DNA from: an uncultured Acidobacteriota bacterium
GTDB taxonomy: Bacteria > Acidobacteriota > Thermoanaerobaculia > Multivoradales > SZUA-115
Reading direction: 5' to 3'
Assembly: GCA_963805975.1 (NCBI GenBank)
Contig: CAWDVR010000002.1
Coordinates: 1,120,001-1,184,000, forward strand
DNA length: 64,000 bases
The position numbers and the translations under genes are program-made. The notes below the pieces were generated by a model that saw only the letters and a list, made by a program, of their open reading frames with translations, was not told the origin of the DNA and did not search any database. Below, piece after piece: positions 1 to 9,958 of this stretch. Each line of letters opens with the position of its first letter. Within the stretch, counting starts at the first letter, position 1.

Positions 1-1480
1 CGCCAGCCGCTTTCGCATCCTGCGGCAGGTGCTGGCCGAGAGCCTGCTCCTCGCCGGCGCCGGCGGCGCGCTCGGCTGCGTGCTGGCGGCCTGGGGCACC
101 ACGGCGCTCCTCGCCCTTGCCCCGGCCAACCTCCCACGGCGCCAAGAGATCGGCCTCGACGCACCGGTGCTCGCCTTCGCCGTGGCGCTCACGCTCGCCG
201 CCACCGTGCTCTTCGGCTTGGCGCCGGCCTTCAAGGCTTCGCGGGGCAAGGCCCTGCGTGCTCTCGCCGCCGGCCGCGGCTTGGCCGCCGCGGGCTCCGT
301 GCGCCGCGGCGCACGAGTGCTGGTGGTGGTGGAGATCGCGCTCTCGCTGGTGCTGGTGGTCGGCGCTGGCCTGTTCGGCAAGAGCCTGCTGCAGCTCACC
401 CGGGTCGATCCCGGCTTTCGGCCGCAGAACGTGCTCGCGGTCAAGCTCGGACTGCCCGGCGCCCGCTATGCCGATACGCCGCAACAGCTCGCGTTCTACG
501 ACGACCTGGTGGCGCGCGTGAGCCGTCAGCCCGGTGTGATCGCGGTGGCCTTGACCGACCGTCTGCCGGTCACCGGCTCCAACTGGACCAGCGACTTCGC
601 GGTCGACGGCCGAGGCCGCGAGGAATTCGGCATCGACGTGAACCATCGCTCGGTGAGCCCGGGCTACTTCCAGGCGCTCTCGGTGCCGTTGCTGAGCGGG
701 CGCATCTTCACCGCCGCCGACATCGCCGGCGCCGAGCAGGTGGTGGTGGTCAACCAGGCGCTCGCCCAGCGCTACTTCCCCGGTGAGAGCCCGGTGGGAG
801 AGCGGCTCTGCTTCGACCGCTACCCGGAACCCGAGTCGCGCTGGCGGACGATCGTCGGCGTGGTCGGGGACGAGAAGATCGAGGGCCTGGCGAAAGCCCC
901 CCGGCCGGAGATCCTGCAGCCGTTCGCGCAGAACCCGGAGGCGGGGGCCGAGCTCTTGGTGCGCACGGCCGGCGAGCCCCTGGCCCTGGTGGCTGCGATC
1001 CGCGCCGAGGTGCGCTCGCTCGACCGCCATCTGCCGCTCTTCGAGGTGCGCACCGTCGAGCAGGTGGTGGCCGGCTCGCTGGTCCGCGAGCGCTTCCTCG
1101 CTCTGCTGCTCGGCCTGTTCGCGGCCGGCGCCTTGGTGCTGGCCGCGCTCGGCACCTACGCCCTCCTCGCCTATCAGGTGGCGCTCCGCAAGCGAGAGAT
1201 CGGCATTCGCATGGCGCTCGGCGCCAGGCTCGACAACGTACTCCGCCTGGTGGTGAGCGAGGCGGTGGTCCTGGCGGGGATCGGCCTCGCACTGGGCATC
1301 GGCATCGCGCTGGCGCTCACCCGGCGCGCCTCGAGCCTGCTCTACGAGGTGAGCCCGGCAGACCCCGCGGTGTTTGCCGCCGTGGCCCTCTGCCTCACCG
1401 CGGTCGCCGCCGCCGCGAGCTACCTCCCCGCCCGCCGCGCGGCGCGCATCGACCCGGCGCTGACGCTCAGGGAGGAGTAG
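1..1480 (+). CDS. ABC transporter permease, MacB/FtsX (ADOP-type), 5'-truncated by window edge
   Basis: Hydrophobic TM blocks, MacB-like periplasmic core, 'REIGIRMALGA' and C-terminal 'PARRAARIDP..LR.E' motifs; frame is open to the window start. Confidence 0.9.
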   Translation, partial: ASRFRILRQVLAESLLLAGAGGALGCVLAAWGTTALLALAPANLPRRQEIGLDAPVLAFAVALTLAATVLFGLAPAFKASRGKALRALAAGRGLAAAGSVRRGARVLVVVEIALSLVLVVGAGLFGKSLLQLTRVDPGFRPQNVLAVKLGLPGARYADTPQQLAFYDDLVARVSRQPGVIAVALTDRLPVTGSNWTSDFAVDGRGREEFGIDVNHRSVSPGYFQALSVPLLSGRIFTAADIAGAEQVVVVNQALAQRYFPGESPVGERLCFDRYPEPESRWRTIVGVVGDEKIEGLAKAPRPEILQPFAQNPEAGAELLVRTAGEPLALVAAIRAEVRSLDRHLPLFEVRTVEQVVAGSLVRERFLALLLGLFAAGALVLAALGTYALLAYQVALRKREIGIRMALGARLDNVLRLVVSEAVVLAGIGLALGIGIALALTRRASSLLYEVSPADPAVFAAVALCLTAVAAAASYLPARRAARIDPALTLREE

Positions 1481-1504
1481 GATCCTTGGCGTGGAGGTCC
1501 CTCG

Positions 1505-1975
1505 ATGGCCGAGTACAAATCGACAGTGGTCTGGGCTCGCAACGGCGCGGTGTTCACCGACAACCGCTACAGCCGCGGTCACCGCTGGGTGTTCGACGGT
1601 GGCGTCGAGGTGGCAGCCTCCTCCTCTCCACACGTAGTCCCGCTGCCGTTTTCGGTAGAGGAAGCCGTCGATCCGGAGGAGGCGTTCGTCGCCAGCCTCT
1701 CCAGTTGCCACATGTTGTCGTTCCTGTGGGTCGCCGCCAAGCGCGGCTTCGTGGTCGAGAGCTACCGTGACGAAGCGGTCGGGGTGCTCAGGAAGAACGA
1801 CGAGGGCAAGCTGGCGATGACCCGCGTGACCCTCCGGCCCGAGGTCCGGTTCGCTGCGGGCCCACCGACGACGAGCGACGAGGTCGAGGCCATGCACCAC
1901 GAGGCCCACGAGCAATGCTTCATCGCCAGCTCGGTCAAGACAGATGTGCGGTGCGAGCCGGTGGCCGTGGCCTAG
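1505..1975 (+). CDS. OsmC/Ohr family protein
   Basis: 'DPEEAFVASLSSCHML' and 'AHEQCFIASSV' carry the two conserved Cys; GGAGG RBS upstream. Confidence 0.9.
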   Translation: MAEYKSTVVWARNGAVFTDNRYSRGHRWVFDGGVEVAASSSPHVVPLPFSVEEAVDPEEAFVASLSSCHMLSFLWVAAKRGFVVESYRDEAVGVLRKNDEGKLAMTRVTLRPEVRFAAGPPTTSDEVEAMHHEAHEQCFIASSVKTDVRCEPVAVA

Positions 1976-2880
1976 GCGACGTTGGCCACGGCCTCCCACA
2001 GCTCCCCCACCGCCTCGTCCACGCTCTTCTCCGCTCGCCATCCCAGCCCTCTCAGCTTCCCCGGGTTGCCTGCAAGAAGCGGCACGTCCACGGGGCGGAA
2101 GCGAGCGGGGTCGGTCTGAATGGAGACCTCGGCGCCGGCTGCCTTCATGAGGAGGCCGAGGGCTTCTTCGATCGAGAGGGCGTGGCCGGAGGCCACGTTG
2201 TAGACCTCGCCGGGCTGGCCGTGGAGGGCCAGGAGACGGTAGGCGCGGGCGCCGTCCGAGACGTGGACGAAGTCGCGCCGGGCGGAGAGGTTGCCGGCCT
2301 CGAGCAGGGGTTCCTGCTCGCCCCGCCGGATGGCCGCGAGCTGGCGGGCGAAGGCGGGCAGGGCGAAGTGCGGCGCCTGGCCGGGACCGATCAGGTTGAA
2401 GGTGCGGGCCACGACGCCGCCCGCCGCCAGCACGAAGCGCTCGGCGCAGGCCTTGGTCATGGCATAGGGCGAGGGCGGTGCCACGGGCCGCTCCTCGCGG
2501 ATCGGCTGCTCCGCCTCGGGCACCACGCCGTAGACCTCGGCGCTCGAGGCGAAGACCACGCGCCGCCCGCGCGCCGCGGCGAGCAGCCGCTCGGTGCCCA
2601 GGACGTTGACCCGGAAGTACTCGCCGAGCCGCTGCCAGGAGGCGCCGACGTGGGCGAGCCCCGCCAGGTGGACCACGACCTCGGGGTCCACGGCCTCGAC
2701 CAGCGCCGCCATGGCCGCGGTGTCGGTGACGTCGGTGGCGTGGAGGTCGATGCCCCGTAGCAGGTCCGATTCCGGCCGCGTGCCGGTATAGGTGCCGGTG
2801 ACCGCGTCGCCGCAAGCGGAGAAATGGGCCGCGAGATGGCAGCCCACGAAACCGCTGGCGCCGGTGACCAGGACGCGCAA
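1972..2880 (-). CDS. NDP-sugar epimerase/dehydratase, Rmd-like (GDP-4-keto-6-deoxy-mannose reductase / GMD family)
   Basis: GASGFVG Rossmann motif, SSAEVYG, YAMTK (YxxxK), GNL..RDF motif. Confidence 0.8.
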   Translation of the reverse strand: MRVLVTGASGFVGCHLAAHFSACGDAVTGTYTGTRPESDLLRGIDLHATDVTDTAAMAALVEAVDPEVVVHLAGLAHVGASWQRLGEYFRVNVLGTERLLAAARGRRVVFASSAEVYGVVPEAEQPIREERPVAPPSPYAMTKACAERFVLAAGGVVARTFNLIGPGQAPHFALPAFARQLAAIRRGEQEPLLEAGNLSARRDFVHVSDGARAYRLLALHGQPGEVYNVASGHALSIEEALGLLMKAAGAEVSIQTDPARFRPVDVPLLAGNPGKLRGLGWRAEKSVDEAVGELWEAVANVA

Positions 2881-2884
2881 GGCT

Positions 2885-3847
2885 CTACTTCTGGAGCTTC
2901 GCCCGCCAGTAGGCGAGCAGGTCGGCGAGGGTCTGGTCGAAGGGGATCTCGGGCGCCCATCCGGTGTCGGCGCGGAACTTGGAGCTGTCGCCGATCAGGA
3001 TCTCGACATCGGAGGGCCGCAGGCGGTCGGGGTCGGTCACGACCTCGACCTCGACGGTCGAGAGCGCCAGCAGCTTGCCCAGCATGTCGCGAATGGTGAT
3101 GCCCTCGCCGCGGGCGATGTTGTAGACCTCGCCCGGCCGGCCCTTCTCCACCGCCAGCCAGTAGGCGCGCACCATGTCGCGCACATCGGTGAAGTCGCGC
3201 ACCGCGTCGAGGTTGCCGACGCGGAGCACTGGTGCCTGCCGGCCGGCCTCGATCGAGGCAATCTGCTTGGCGAAGTTCGAGGTGACGAAGACCTCGCCGC
3301 GGCGCGGGCCGGTGTGATTGAAGCCGCGGGTGCGCACCACCTTCAGGCCGTAGCTCTGGAAGTACTGATAGCCGAGAAAGTCCTGCCCCACCTTCGAGAC
3401 CGCGTAAGGCGACAGCGGGCGCAACGGGTTGTTCTCGGTGATCGGCACCTCGTCCGGCAGCACCAGGCCGTACTGCTCGCTCGAGCAGGCGATCTGGATC
3501 ACCGGGTCCAGGCCCAGGGTCCGGCAGCCCTCGAAGAGGTGGGCCTGGCCCACGATGTTCGAGGACAAGGTGTCGGCCGGGGCGGACCAGCTCGTGGGCA
3601 CGAAGCTCTGCGCCGCGAGGTGGAAGATGTAGTCCGGCCGCGACCGCTCGAGCGCCGCGGCCACCGACGCGTAGTCGCGCAGCTCGCACTCGACCAGCCG
3701 CACGCGGTCGCCCAGGTGATCGATATTGTCTCGCCGGCTGCGCCAGCGATAGACGCCCCACACCTCGATCTCCGGATGGTGGGCGAGCAGATAGTCGGCG
3801 AGGTGGGAGCCGGCAAAGCCGGTGATCCCGGTGATCAAGGCCTTCAT
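2885..3847 (-). CDS. GDP-mannose 4,6-dehydratase-family extended SDR
   Basis: True start MKALITGITGFAGSHLA at 3847 (ATGA overlap with the upstream gene); HLAAQSFV, YAVSK, GNLDAVRDFTDVRD motifs. Confidence 0.85.
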   Translation of the reverse strand: MKALITGITGFAGSHLADYLLAHHPEIEVWGVYRWRSRRDNIDHLGDRVRLVECELRDYASVAAALERSRPDYIFHLAAQSFVPTSWSAPADTLSSNIVGQAHLFEGCRTLGLDPVIQIACSSEQYGLVLPDEVPITENNPLRPLSPYAVSKVGQDFLGYQYFQSYGLKVVRTRGFNHTGPRRGEVFVTSNFAKQIASIEAGRQAPVLRVGNLDAVRDFTDVRDMVRAYWLAVEKGRPGEVYNIARGEGITIRDMLGKLLALSTVEVEVVTDPDRLRPSDVEILIGDSSKFRADTGWAPEIPFDQTLADLLAYWRAKLQK

Positions 3848-4753
3848 CGATCTCCTCCCGCGCCCGCCGACTCGCGGCGGGCACGATCCCCAAGGCCCGC
3901 CCCCTCGCGGCGGGCACGATCCAAATACTCGGCCAGGCCCCAGAGCCACGGCTCGACGCCACGGCCGGTGGCGGCCTCGAAGCGGGCGACGTCGAGCACG
4001 GAGTAGGCCGGCCGCCGGGCGGGGCGGGGAAACTCGGTCGTCGCCACCGGGGTGACGGTTGCGCCCGGCGCCACCGCCCGGGCGATCTCGGAGGCGAAGC
4101 CGTGCCAGGACACGGCGTCGCGGTTGCGGTAGTGGACGACGCCGGTGAGCCCGCTTCCGGCGAGCTCCCACAAGGCGTTGGCCAGGAACGGCGTGTAGGT
4201 CGGGCAGCCAACCTGGTCATCGACCACGCGGAGCGGCTCGCCCTTCGCCAGCCGGCCGCGGATGGTGGCCACGAAGTTCGGCCCGCCGGGTCCGAAGAGC
4301 CAGCTCGTCCGCACCACCAGCGAACGCTCCCAGGCGAGCACGCGGCGCTCGCCGGCGAGCTTGCTCTCGCCGTAGACCGAGAGCGGGCCGGTCCGCGCCT
4401 CCTCGGCGTAGGGCTGCTCGTGCGTCGCCGGAGAACACGTAGTCCGTCGACACCTGGAGGAGCCGTGCGCCGGCTTTCTCCGCGGCCTCGGCGAGGATCA
4501 TCGGCCCCAGCTCGTTGACGGCAAAGGCGGTGGCCGGGTTGTGCTCGCAGTCGTCCACCCGGGTGAAGGCGGCGCAGTTGAGGATCAGCTCGGGCTGGTA
4601 GGCGCGCATCCAGTAGGCCACGCGCTCGCGGTCGGTCACGTCGCCCGCGAGCCGCGACAGGCCCAGCACCGGCAGGCGCCGCCGCCGCCCCTCGCTCACC
4701 ACGGCGCGGCCCAGCATCCCGGTGCCGCCGAAGACCAGCGTCCGCAAGCTCAT
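3844..4753 (-). pseudogene. rfbD: dTDP-4-dehydrorhamnose reductase, split by a +1 frameshift near 4420 (possibly an assembly error)
   Basis: N-half has GGTGMLG, NCAAFT.VD and STDYVF; the sequence continues in another frame as PYAEEARTGPLSVYGESK, VRTSWLFG and VVDDQVGCPT. Confidence 0.85.
3871..3922. repeat. Direct repeat CTCGCGGCGGGCACGATCC x2, 33-bp period, in the RfbD C-terminal tail
   Basis: Copies at 3871-3889 and 3904-3922; they encode DRARRE.AG twice. Confidence 0.8.
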
Positions 4754-4763
4754 GGCGTCGGTC

Positions 4764-5834
4764 TCATGGGATGCCCACCTCGGAGTTGTCGCCGAGCATG
4801 AAACGGAACGCCTTGGGCTTGAGGTCGGTCTTCTTGAGCTTGACGTTCCGGCCGACGAGAGAGCCGTCGATGCGCACCGGGATGTCGCGGATCTCGCTCG
4901 CGGCGAGGACGATCGAGTTCTCGATCTCGCAGCGCGACAGCGCGCAGCCCTCGCCGATCGAGGTGTAGGGGCCGACGAAGGCGTGCTCGATCCGCGCCCC
5001 GTCGCCGATCACCACCGGCCCGCGCACCAGCGAGTCGACGATCGTGACGCCGTCGCCGAGCGACACCCGGCCCTCGATCGCGCTCGTCTCGACGCTCGTC
5101 GCGCCGCCGCGGCGGCTCGCGATCTGGTCGAGCACGATGCGGTTGGCCTCCAGCATGTCCTCGAGCTTGCCGGTGTCCTTCCACCAGCCGGCCACCAGGT
5201 GCGGGTGGACGGCGAGGCCGCGATCGATCAGGTCCTGGATGGCGTCGGTGATCTCGAGCTCGCCGCGCGCCGAGGGCTTGATGCGGCGCACGGAGTCGAA
5301 GATCGTGGCGTCGAACATGTAGACGCCGACCAGCGCGAGGTCGCTCTTGGGCTCGCGGGGCTTCTCGGTCAGCCGCCGCACCCTGCCGGCGTCGTCGAGC
5401 TCGGCGACGCCGAACTGCTGCGGGTTGGGCACCCGGGCGAGGAGGATCTGCGAGTTGCAGGCGCTCGCCTCGAACTCCTCGACCAGGCTGGTGATGCCGC
5501 CGGCGATCAGGTTGTCACCGAGGTACATGACGAAGGAATCGCCGGCGAGAAACGGCTCGGCGACCAGCACCGCGTGCGCGAGGCCCAGCGGCGCCTCCTG
5601 CTCGATGTAGGTCACCCGGGCGCCCCAGCGCGAGCCGTCGCCCACCGCGGCGCGGATCTCGTCGCGGGTGTCGCCGACGATGATGCCGATGTCCTCGATG
5701 CCGGCCGCCACCACCGCCTCGACGGCGTAGAAGAGCACCGGCTTGTTGGCCACCGGCACGAGCTGCTTGGCCGAGGTGTAGGTCAAGGGCCGCAGGCGCG
5801 TGCCCTTGCCGCCGGCCAGGATCAGACCCTTCAA
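4764..5834 (-). CDS. rfbA: Glucose-1-phosphate thymidylyltransferase (long form with C-terminal left-handed beta-helix)
   Basis: ILAGGKGTRLRPLT..KQLVPVANKP, PLGLAHA, RGELEITD and WWKDTG motifs. Confidence 0.9.
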   Translation of the reverse strand: MKGLILAGGKGTRLRPLTYTSAKQLVPVANKPVLFYAVEAVVAAGIEDIGIIVGDTRDEIRAAVGDGSRWGARVTYIEQEAPLGLAHAVLVAEPFLAGDSFVMYLGDNLIAGGITSLVEEFEASACNSQILLARVPNPQQFGVAELDDAGRVRRLTEKPREPKSDLALVGVYMFDATIFDSVRRIKPSARGELEITDAIQDLIDRGLAVHPHLVAGWWKDTGKLEDMLEANRIVLDQIASRRGGATSVETSAIEGRVSLGDGVTIVDSLVRGPVVIGDGARIEHAFVGPYTSIGEGCALSRCEIENSIVLAASEIRDIPVRIDGSLVGRNVKLKKTDLKPKAFRFMLGDNSEVGIP

Positions 5835-5850
5835 GGTTGGGTCTCCGCGC

Positions 5851-8259
5851 TCAGAACGAGCCCGCCTGCGACTGGCGCCCGTTCAGGTCGAGGAACGTGC
5901 CCACGTTCTTGAGTGTCAGGAGCAGGCGGTAGTCGCGGTCCTGCAACTGGCTGGTCTTGAACTCGCGGCCCTCGATGCGGAAGGCGTAGCACTGCGAGGT
6001 GTAGGAGACGGCGTAGCGTTGCTGCTGGAGCTCCGAGCCGTCGATGTCGTAGGCGAGCTGGGACTCGACGGTCAGCCGCTGGGGCACCAGTTGGAGCGTC
6101 GCCCAGAGCCGCGCCTGGTCGCTTTGCGTCTCGCCGGTTTGCGGCCGGTAGGTGGTGTACCAGGTGAGCCCCACCGTCGAGCCCAGGATGCCGACCGAGC
6201 CCGAGAGCGAGCGCTGGGTGATGCGGCTGGCGAGCGTGTTGTAGGTGACCTGGGCCGAGATGCTGGTCTTCTCGCTGGGGTCGAAGCGCAGCTCGCCGTC
6301 GATCGGCCCGACGCGCGTCGAGTCCTCGCCCAGAACCTGGAGCGGGGTCTCCTCGTCGAAGCTGTAGAAGCGCGACAGCTTGAGCGAGAGGATCTCGCGC
6401 GCGCTGCCTTTCTTCTCGTCGAGCGGCTTGGCCAGGAGGCGGTTGAAGAGCACGACTCGGCCGACGTTGCCGGCGGCGAAGGCGTCGACCTCGTCGAAGA
6501 GCGGCGTGCGCCGCACTTCCTTCTGCTCGATCTCGCCCAGGTAGCTGTAGATGAAGCGCGGCTCGATGACGTGCTTGAACTTGCCGAAGCGGCCGATCTG
6601 GGTGTTGAAGATGCGCGAGAACGAGGGACCCACGATCTGCGCGCCGGCCACCGGCAGGGTACGCGACAGGCTCTCACCCACGAAGGTGGTGCCGGCGAGC
6701 GGATCGCAGGGGTTCTCACCCGCCAGGTCCGAATCGCACAGGCTGTCGCCGTACCAGGTGTAGCGGTAGCCGCCGTTGACCGAGGCCGAGAGCCAGGGGA
6801 GCGACAGCACGTTGGCCTGCAGGTTGGGCTGCACGTCGAAGCGGCCGTAGCCGGCGTCGTAGGTCGCCGAACGCCGGACGTCGAGGAAGGCGAGCGAGCT
6901 GTCGAGGTCGACGTAGAGGGGGAGCTTGCCCAGCCGCGTGGGCCGCAGCTTGTACTCCACCTCCGGCAGGCGGCGCTGGATGACGCTGTTCAGCGGGTTG
7001 ATGAAGGTCTCGCGGTCCTCGACCAGGAGGTTGAGCGACTGCGTGCCCCAGTTGCCGCTGACGAAGCCCCGGGAGAGCACCGAGCGCACGGTGTTGCGGT
7101 CGATCTCGCGCTCGAAGTCCCCGAGGTAGTCGAAGTCCGAGTACTTGCGGTAGGCGAGGGCGCCGCGCATGTTCCACGGCAGGTCGGTGGTGGTGGCGTC
7201 GAGGCGCAGCTTCCAGCGCCATTCGTCGCCCTCGGCCCGCTCGGGGTCGCGGATCGCGTAGCCCTCGAACCAGCCCTCGGTGCCCTCGGTGGGCCGCCAG
7301 CGCAGCTCGTTGCCCAGGCCCAGGAAGTCCTTGCTGTAGAGGTCGGCGAAGATCGTGGTGTCGTAGCTCCGGCCCAGGGTCTGAAAGTAGGCCAGGGAGA
7401 CGGAGGCGCCGCGGCGGTTCGAGTAGCCGGGCTGCGGGATCAGAAAGCCGGAAGCGCGCTCCCGCTTCGCCGGCCACACGATGTAGGGGATGTAGAGCAC
7501 GGGGACGTTCTTGACCCGCATCGAGGCGCCGCGGATGTGAGCGTAGCCCTCCACCTCGACCCGCGCCTGCTTCATGCGGAAGCTCCAGTCCGGCACCTCG
7601 TCCTTGCAGGCGGTGAGGGTGCCGTTCTTGATCTCGTAGGTGAGGTCGCCGGTCTTCTGGAGCTCTTCGCCGCTGAAGTAGAAGTCGGGGTCGACGTAGG
7701 CCGTGGCCCGGGTCAGGGTACCGGTCTTGTTCTCGAGGTCGTAGACCGCGGACTCGCCGGCCAGGCGCTGCGGCCCCTGGTCGATGGTGACGCCGCCCAG
7801 TGCCGTCAGCACCCGGGTCTGGAGGTCCACCGCCACCTCCGCCGCCCGGAGAGTGATCTCCTTGTAGCGGATCTCGACGTCGCCCGAGAGCACCGCGGTG
7901 CTCTCGCGCTCGAAGCTCAGCGTCTCGGCGCTGCCGACGGCCACCCCGCCGCCCGACTCCTCCGGGAACGGCAGCTTGAACTCGGTCCGCTGCCTCGCCG
8001 TGGGCGCGGGCGGCGCCGGCGGCGGCTCGCTCACCGGCGGCAGGGTGGTGATGGGCTCGCTCGGCGGGAGCTGCGAGGCGGGCGCCGGCTCGGCACCCGG
8101 CGGCAGCATCTGCGGCGCCACCGGCGCCGGCGGCACGACCTCCGGTACGGGAGCCGCCGGCTCCTGGGCGCGCACGGCGCCCGCCGGCACCAGGAGCGCC
8201 GCCAGCACTCCGGCGAGTGCCCAGAAAGTACGTGTGCGTGAGCGGGCTCTAGCCGGCAT
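5851..8259 (-). CDS. lptD: LPS-assembly outer membrane protein LptD
   Basis: Signal peptide, Pro-rich linker, OstA-like N-domain, 'LTAC..PDW', 'RASGFLIP..GYS..G', beta-barrel with late 'SQC'. Confidence 0.85.
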   Translation of the reverse strand: MPARARSRTRTFWALAGVLAALLVPAGAVRAQEPAAPVPEVVPPAPVAPQMLPPGAEPAPASQLPPSEPITTLPPVSEPPPAPPAPTARQRTEFKLPFPEESGGGVAVGSAETLSFERESTAVLSGDVEIRYKEITLRAAEVAVDLQTRVLTALGGVTIDQGPQRLAGESAVYDLENKTGTLTRATAYVDPDFYFSGEELQKTGDLTYEIKNGTLTACKDEVPDWSFRMKQARVEVEGYAHIRGASMRVKNVPVLYIPYIVWPAKRERASGFLIPQPGYSNRRGASVSLAYFQTLGRSYDTTIFADLYSKDFLGLGNELRWRPTEGTEGWFEGYAIRDPERAEGDEWRWKLRLDATTTDLPWNMRGALAYRKYSDFDYLGDFEREIDRNTVRSVLSRGFVSGNWGTQSLNLLVEDRETFINPLNSVIQRRLPEVEYKLRPTRLGKLPLYVDLDSSLAFLDVRRSATYDAGYGRFDVQPNLQANVLSLPWLSASVNGGYRYTWYGDSLCDSDLAGENPCDPLAGTTFVGESLSRTLPVAGAQIVGPSFSRIFNTQIGRFGKFKHVIEPRFIYSYLGEIEQKEVRRTPLFDEVDAFAAGNVGRVVLFNRLLAKPLDEKKGSAREILSLKLSRFYSFDEETPLQVLGEDSTRVGPIDGELRFDPSEKTSISAQVTYNTLASRITQRSLSGSVGILGSTVGLTWYTTYRPQTGETQSDQARLWATLQLVPQRLTVESQLAYDIDGSELQQQRYAVSYTSQCYAFRIEGREFKTSQLQDRDYRLLLTLKNVGTFLDLNGRQSQAGSF

Positions 8260-9433
8260 CGCGCTCGACGATCATGGCCGTGGCCTCGCCACCGCCCAGG
8301 CAGATGGCGGCACAGCCGCGGGAGAGGCCGCGCTCCGCCAGGCTCGAGAGCAGGGTGACGAGGATGCGGGCGCCCGAGGAGCCGATGGGATGGCCCAGCG
8401 CCACCGCGCCACCGCGCACGTTGACCGCCTCGGGCGAGAGCCCCAGCTCGCGGATGAAGGCCAGGGCGACCACGGCGAAGGCCTCGTTGACCTCCCAGAG
8501 GTCGATGTCGGAGAGCCCGAGGCCGGCGCGCTCCACCACGTTCTTCACCGCCTGGATGGGCGCGGTGGTGAACCACTCCGGCGCCTGCGCCGCGGTGGCG
8601 TGGGCCACGATGCGGGCGAGCGGCTTGACGCCCAGCGCGCGGGCGCGGGAGGCGGTGGTGAGCACCAGCGCCGCGGCGCCGTCGTTGAGCTTGCTGGCGT
8701 TGGCGGCGGTGATGGTGCCGCCCTCCTCGAAGGCCGGCTTGAGGGTCGCCATGCGCTCGAGGTCGGCCCGGAAAGGCTCCTCGTCGCGGTCGACCACCGC
8801 CGGATCGCCCTTGCGCCTGGGGATCGTCACGGGAACGATCTCCTGCGTGAAGAGCCCCGCCTCGGTGGCCTCGCGGGCCCGGCGGTAGCTCTCGCGCGAG
8901 TAGGCGTCCTGCTCCTCGCGGCTGATCCCCAGCTCGCGCGCACAGAGCTCGCCGCAGACCCCCATGTGGACGTCGCCGTACGGGTCCCACAGGCCGTCGT
9001 GGATCATCGAGTCGATGAGCTTGCCGTGCCCCAGCCGGTAGCCGTCGCGCAGGCTGGGAGCGAGGTACGGGGCATTGCTCATGCTCTCCATGCCACCGGC
9101 GGCCACGATGCCGTAGTCGCCGCAGCGCAGCTCGTTGGCGGCGGTCATCACCGCCTTCATGCCCGAGCCGCAGACCTTGTTGATGGTGACGGCGCCGGTC
9201 GAGGGTGGGCAGCCGGCGGCGAGCGCCGCCTGCCGGGCCGGCGCCTGGCCCTGGCCGGCCGGCAGCACGCAACCCATGTAGACCTGATCGATGTCGCCCG
9301 GCGCGAGGCCGGCGCGGGAAATGGCACCGGCCAACGCCTGCGCCCCGAGCTTGGGCGCCGGCAGGCTCGCCAGGGCTCCCTGAAAGGAGCCGATGGGCGT
9401 GCGGGCAGCGCTCAGGATGACGATCTCTTCCAT
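8249..9433 (-). CDS. Acetyl-CoA C-acyltransferase (thiolase)
   Basis: INKVCGSG, NEAFA, GHPIGSSG and CLGGG catalytic motifs. Confidence 0.95.
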   Translation of the reverse strand: MEEIVILSAARTPIGSFQGALASLPAPKLGAQALAGAISRAGLAPGDIDQVYMGCVLPAGQGQAPARQAALAAGCPPSTGAVTINKVCGSGMKAVMTAANELRCGDYGIVAAGGMESMSNAPYLAPSLRDGYRLGHGKLIDSMIHDGLWDPYGDVHMGVCGELCARELGISREEQDAYSRESYRRAREATEAGLFTQEIVPVTIPRRKGDPAVVDRDEEPFRADLERMATLKPAFEEGGTITAANASKLNDGAAALVLTTASRARALGVKPLARIVAHATAAQAPEWFTTAPIQAVKNVVERAGLGLSDIDLWEVNEAFAVVALAFIRELGLSPEAVNVRGGAVALGHPIGSSGARILVTLLSSLAERGLSRGCAAICLGGGEATAMIVERDAG

Positions 9434-9541
9434 GGTGGATTTGCTTTCCGGAACGACGAAAAAGAACGACCGATGCTAGCACAGGGCCACCGGCCGGCCG
9501 GCCGGCTCCGGGGACCTGCGGGCGGCGGTTAGAATCCCCTC

Positions 9542-9958
9542 GTGCGAGCTTTGGGCATCGACTTCGGTGAGCGGCGGATCGGTCTCGCGATCTCGGACCC
9601 GCGAGGTTCCATGGCGCTGCCGCTCGTCACTTTCGAGCGCCGCGACGACCGCCGCGCGGCGCGCCGCATCGCCGCCATCGCGCGCCAGGAGGAAGTCGAG
9701 TGCCTGGTGCTCGGCGAGCCGCGCAACCTCGATGGCTCGCGCGGCGAGGCGGCGGAGCGCGTGGCCCGTTTCGGCCAGCGCCTGCGGGAGGCCACGGGCC
9801 TGCCCCTCGAGTGGGTGGACGAGGCGCTGACCTCGGTCGAGGCCCGCGCGCGGCTGCGCGAGGCGGGTGCGCGGCCGGCCGAGATCGCCGAGCACATCGA
9901 CGCCGTGGCCGCGCAGATCCTCCTCCAACAGGCCCTGGACCGCAGGTCTCCCTCATGA
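9542..9958 (+). CDS. ruvX: Holliday junction resolvase-like RuvX/YqgF
   Basis: LGIDFGERRIGLAISD, VDEALTS and D.VAA..LLQ motifs. Confidence 0.92.
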   Translation: MRALGIDFGERRIGLAISDPRGSMALPLVTFERRDDRRAARRIAAIARQEEVECLVLGEPRNLDGSRGEAAERVARFGQRLREATGLPLEWVDEALTSVEARARLREAGARPAEIAEHIDAVAAQILLQQALDRRSPS

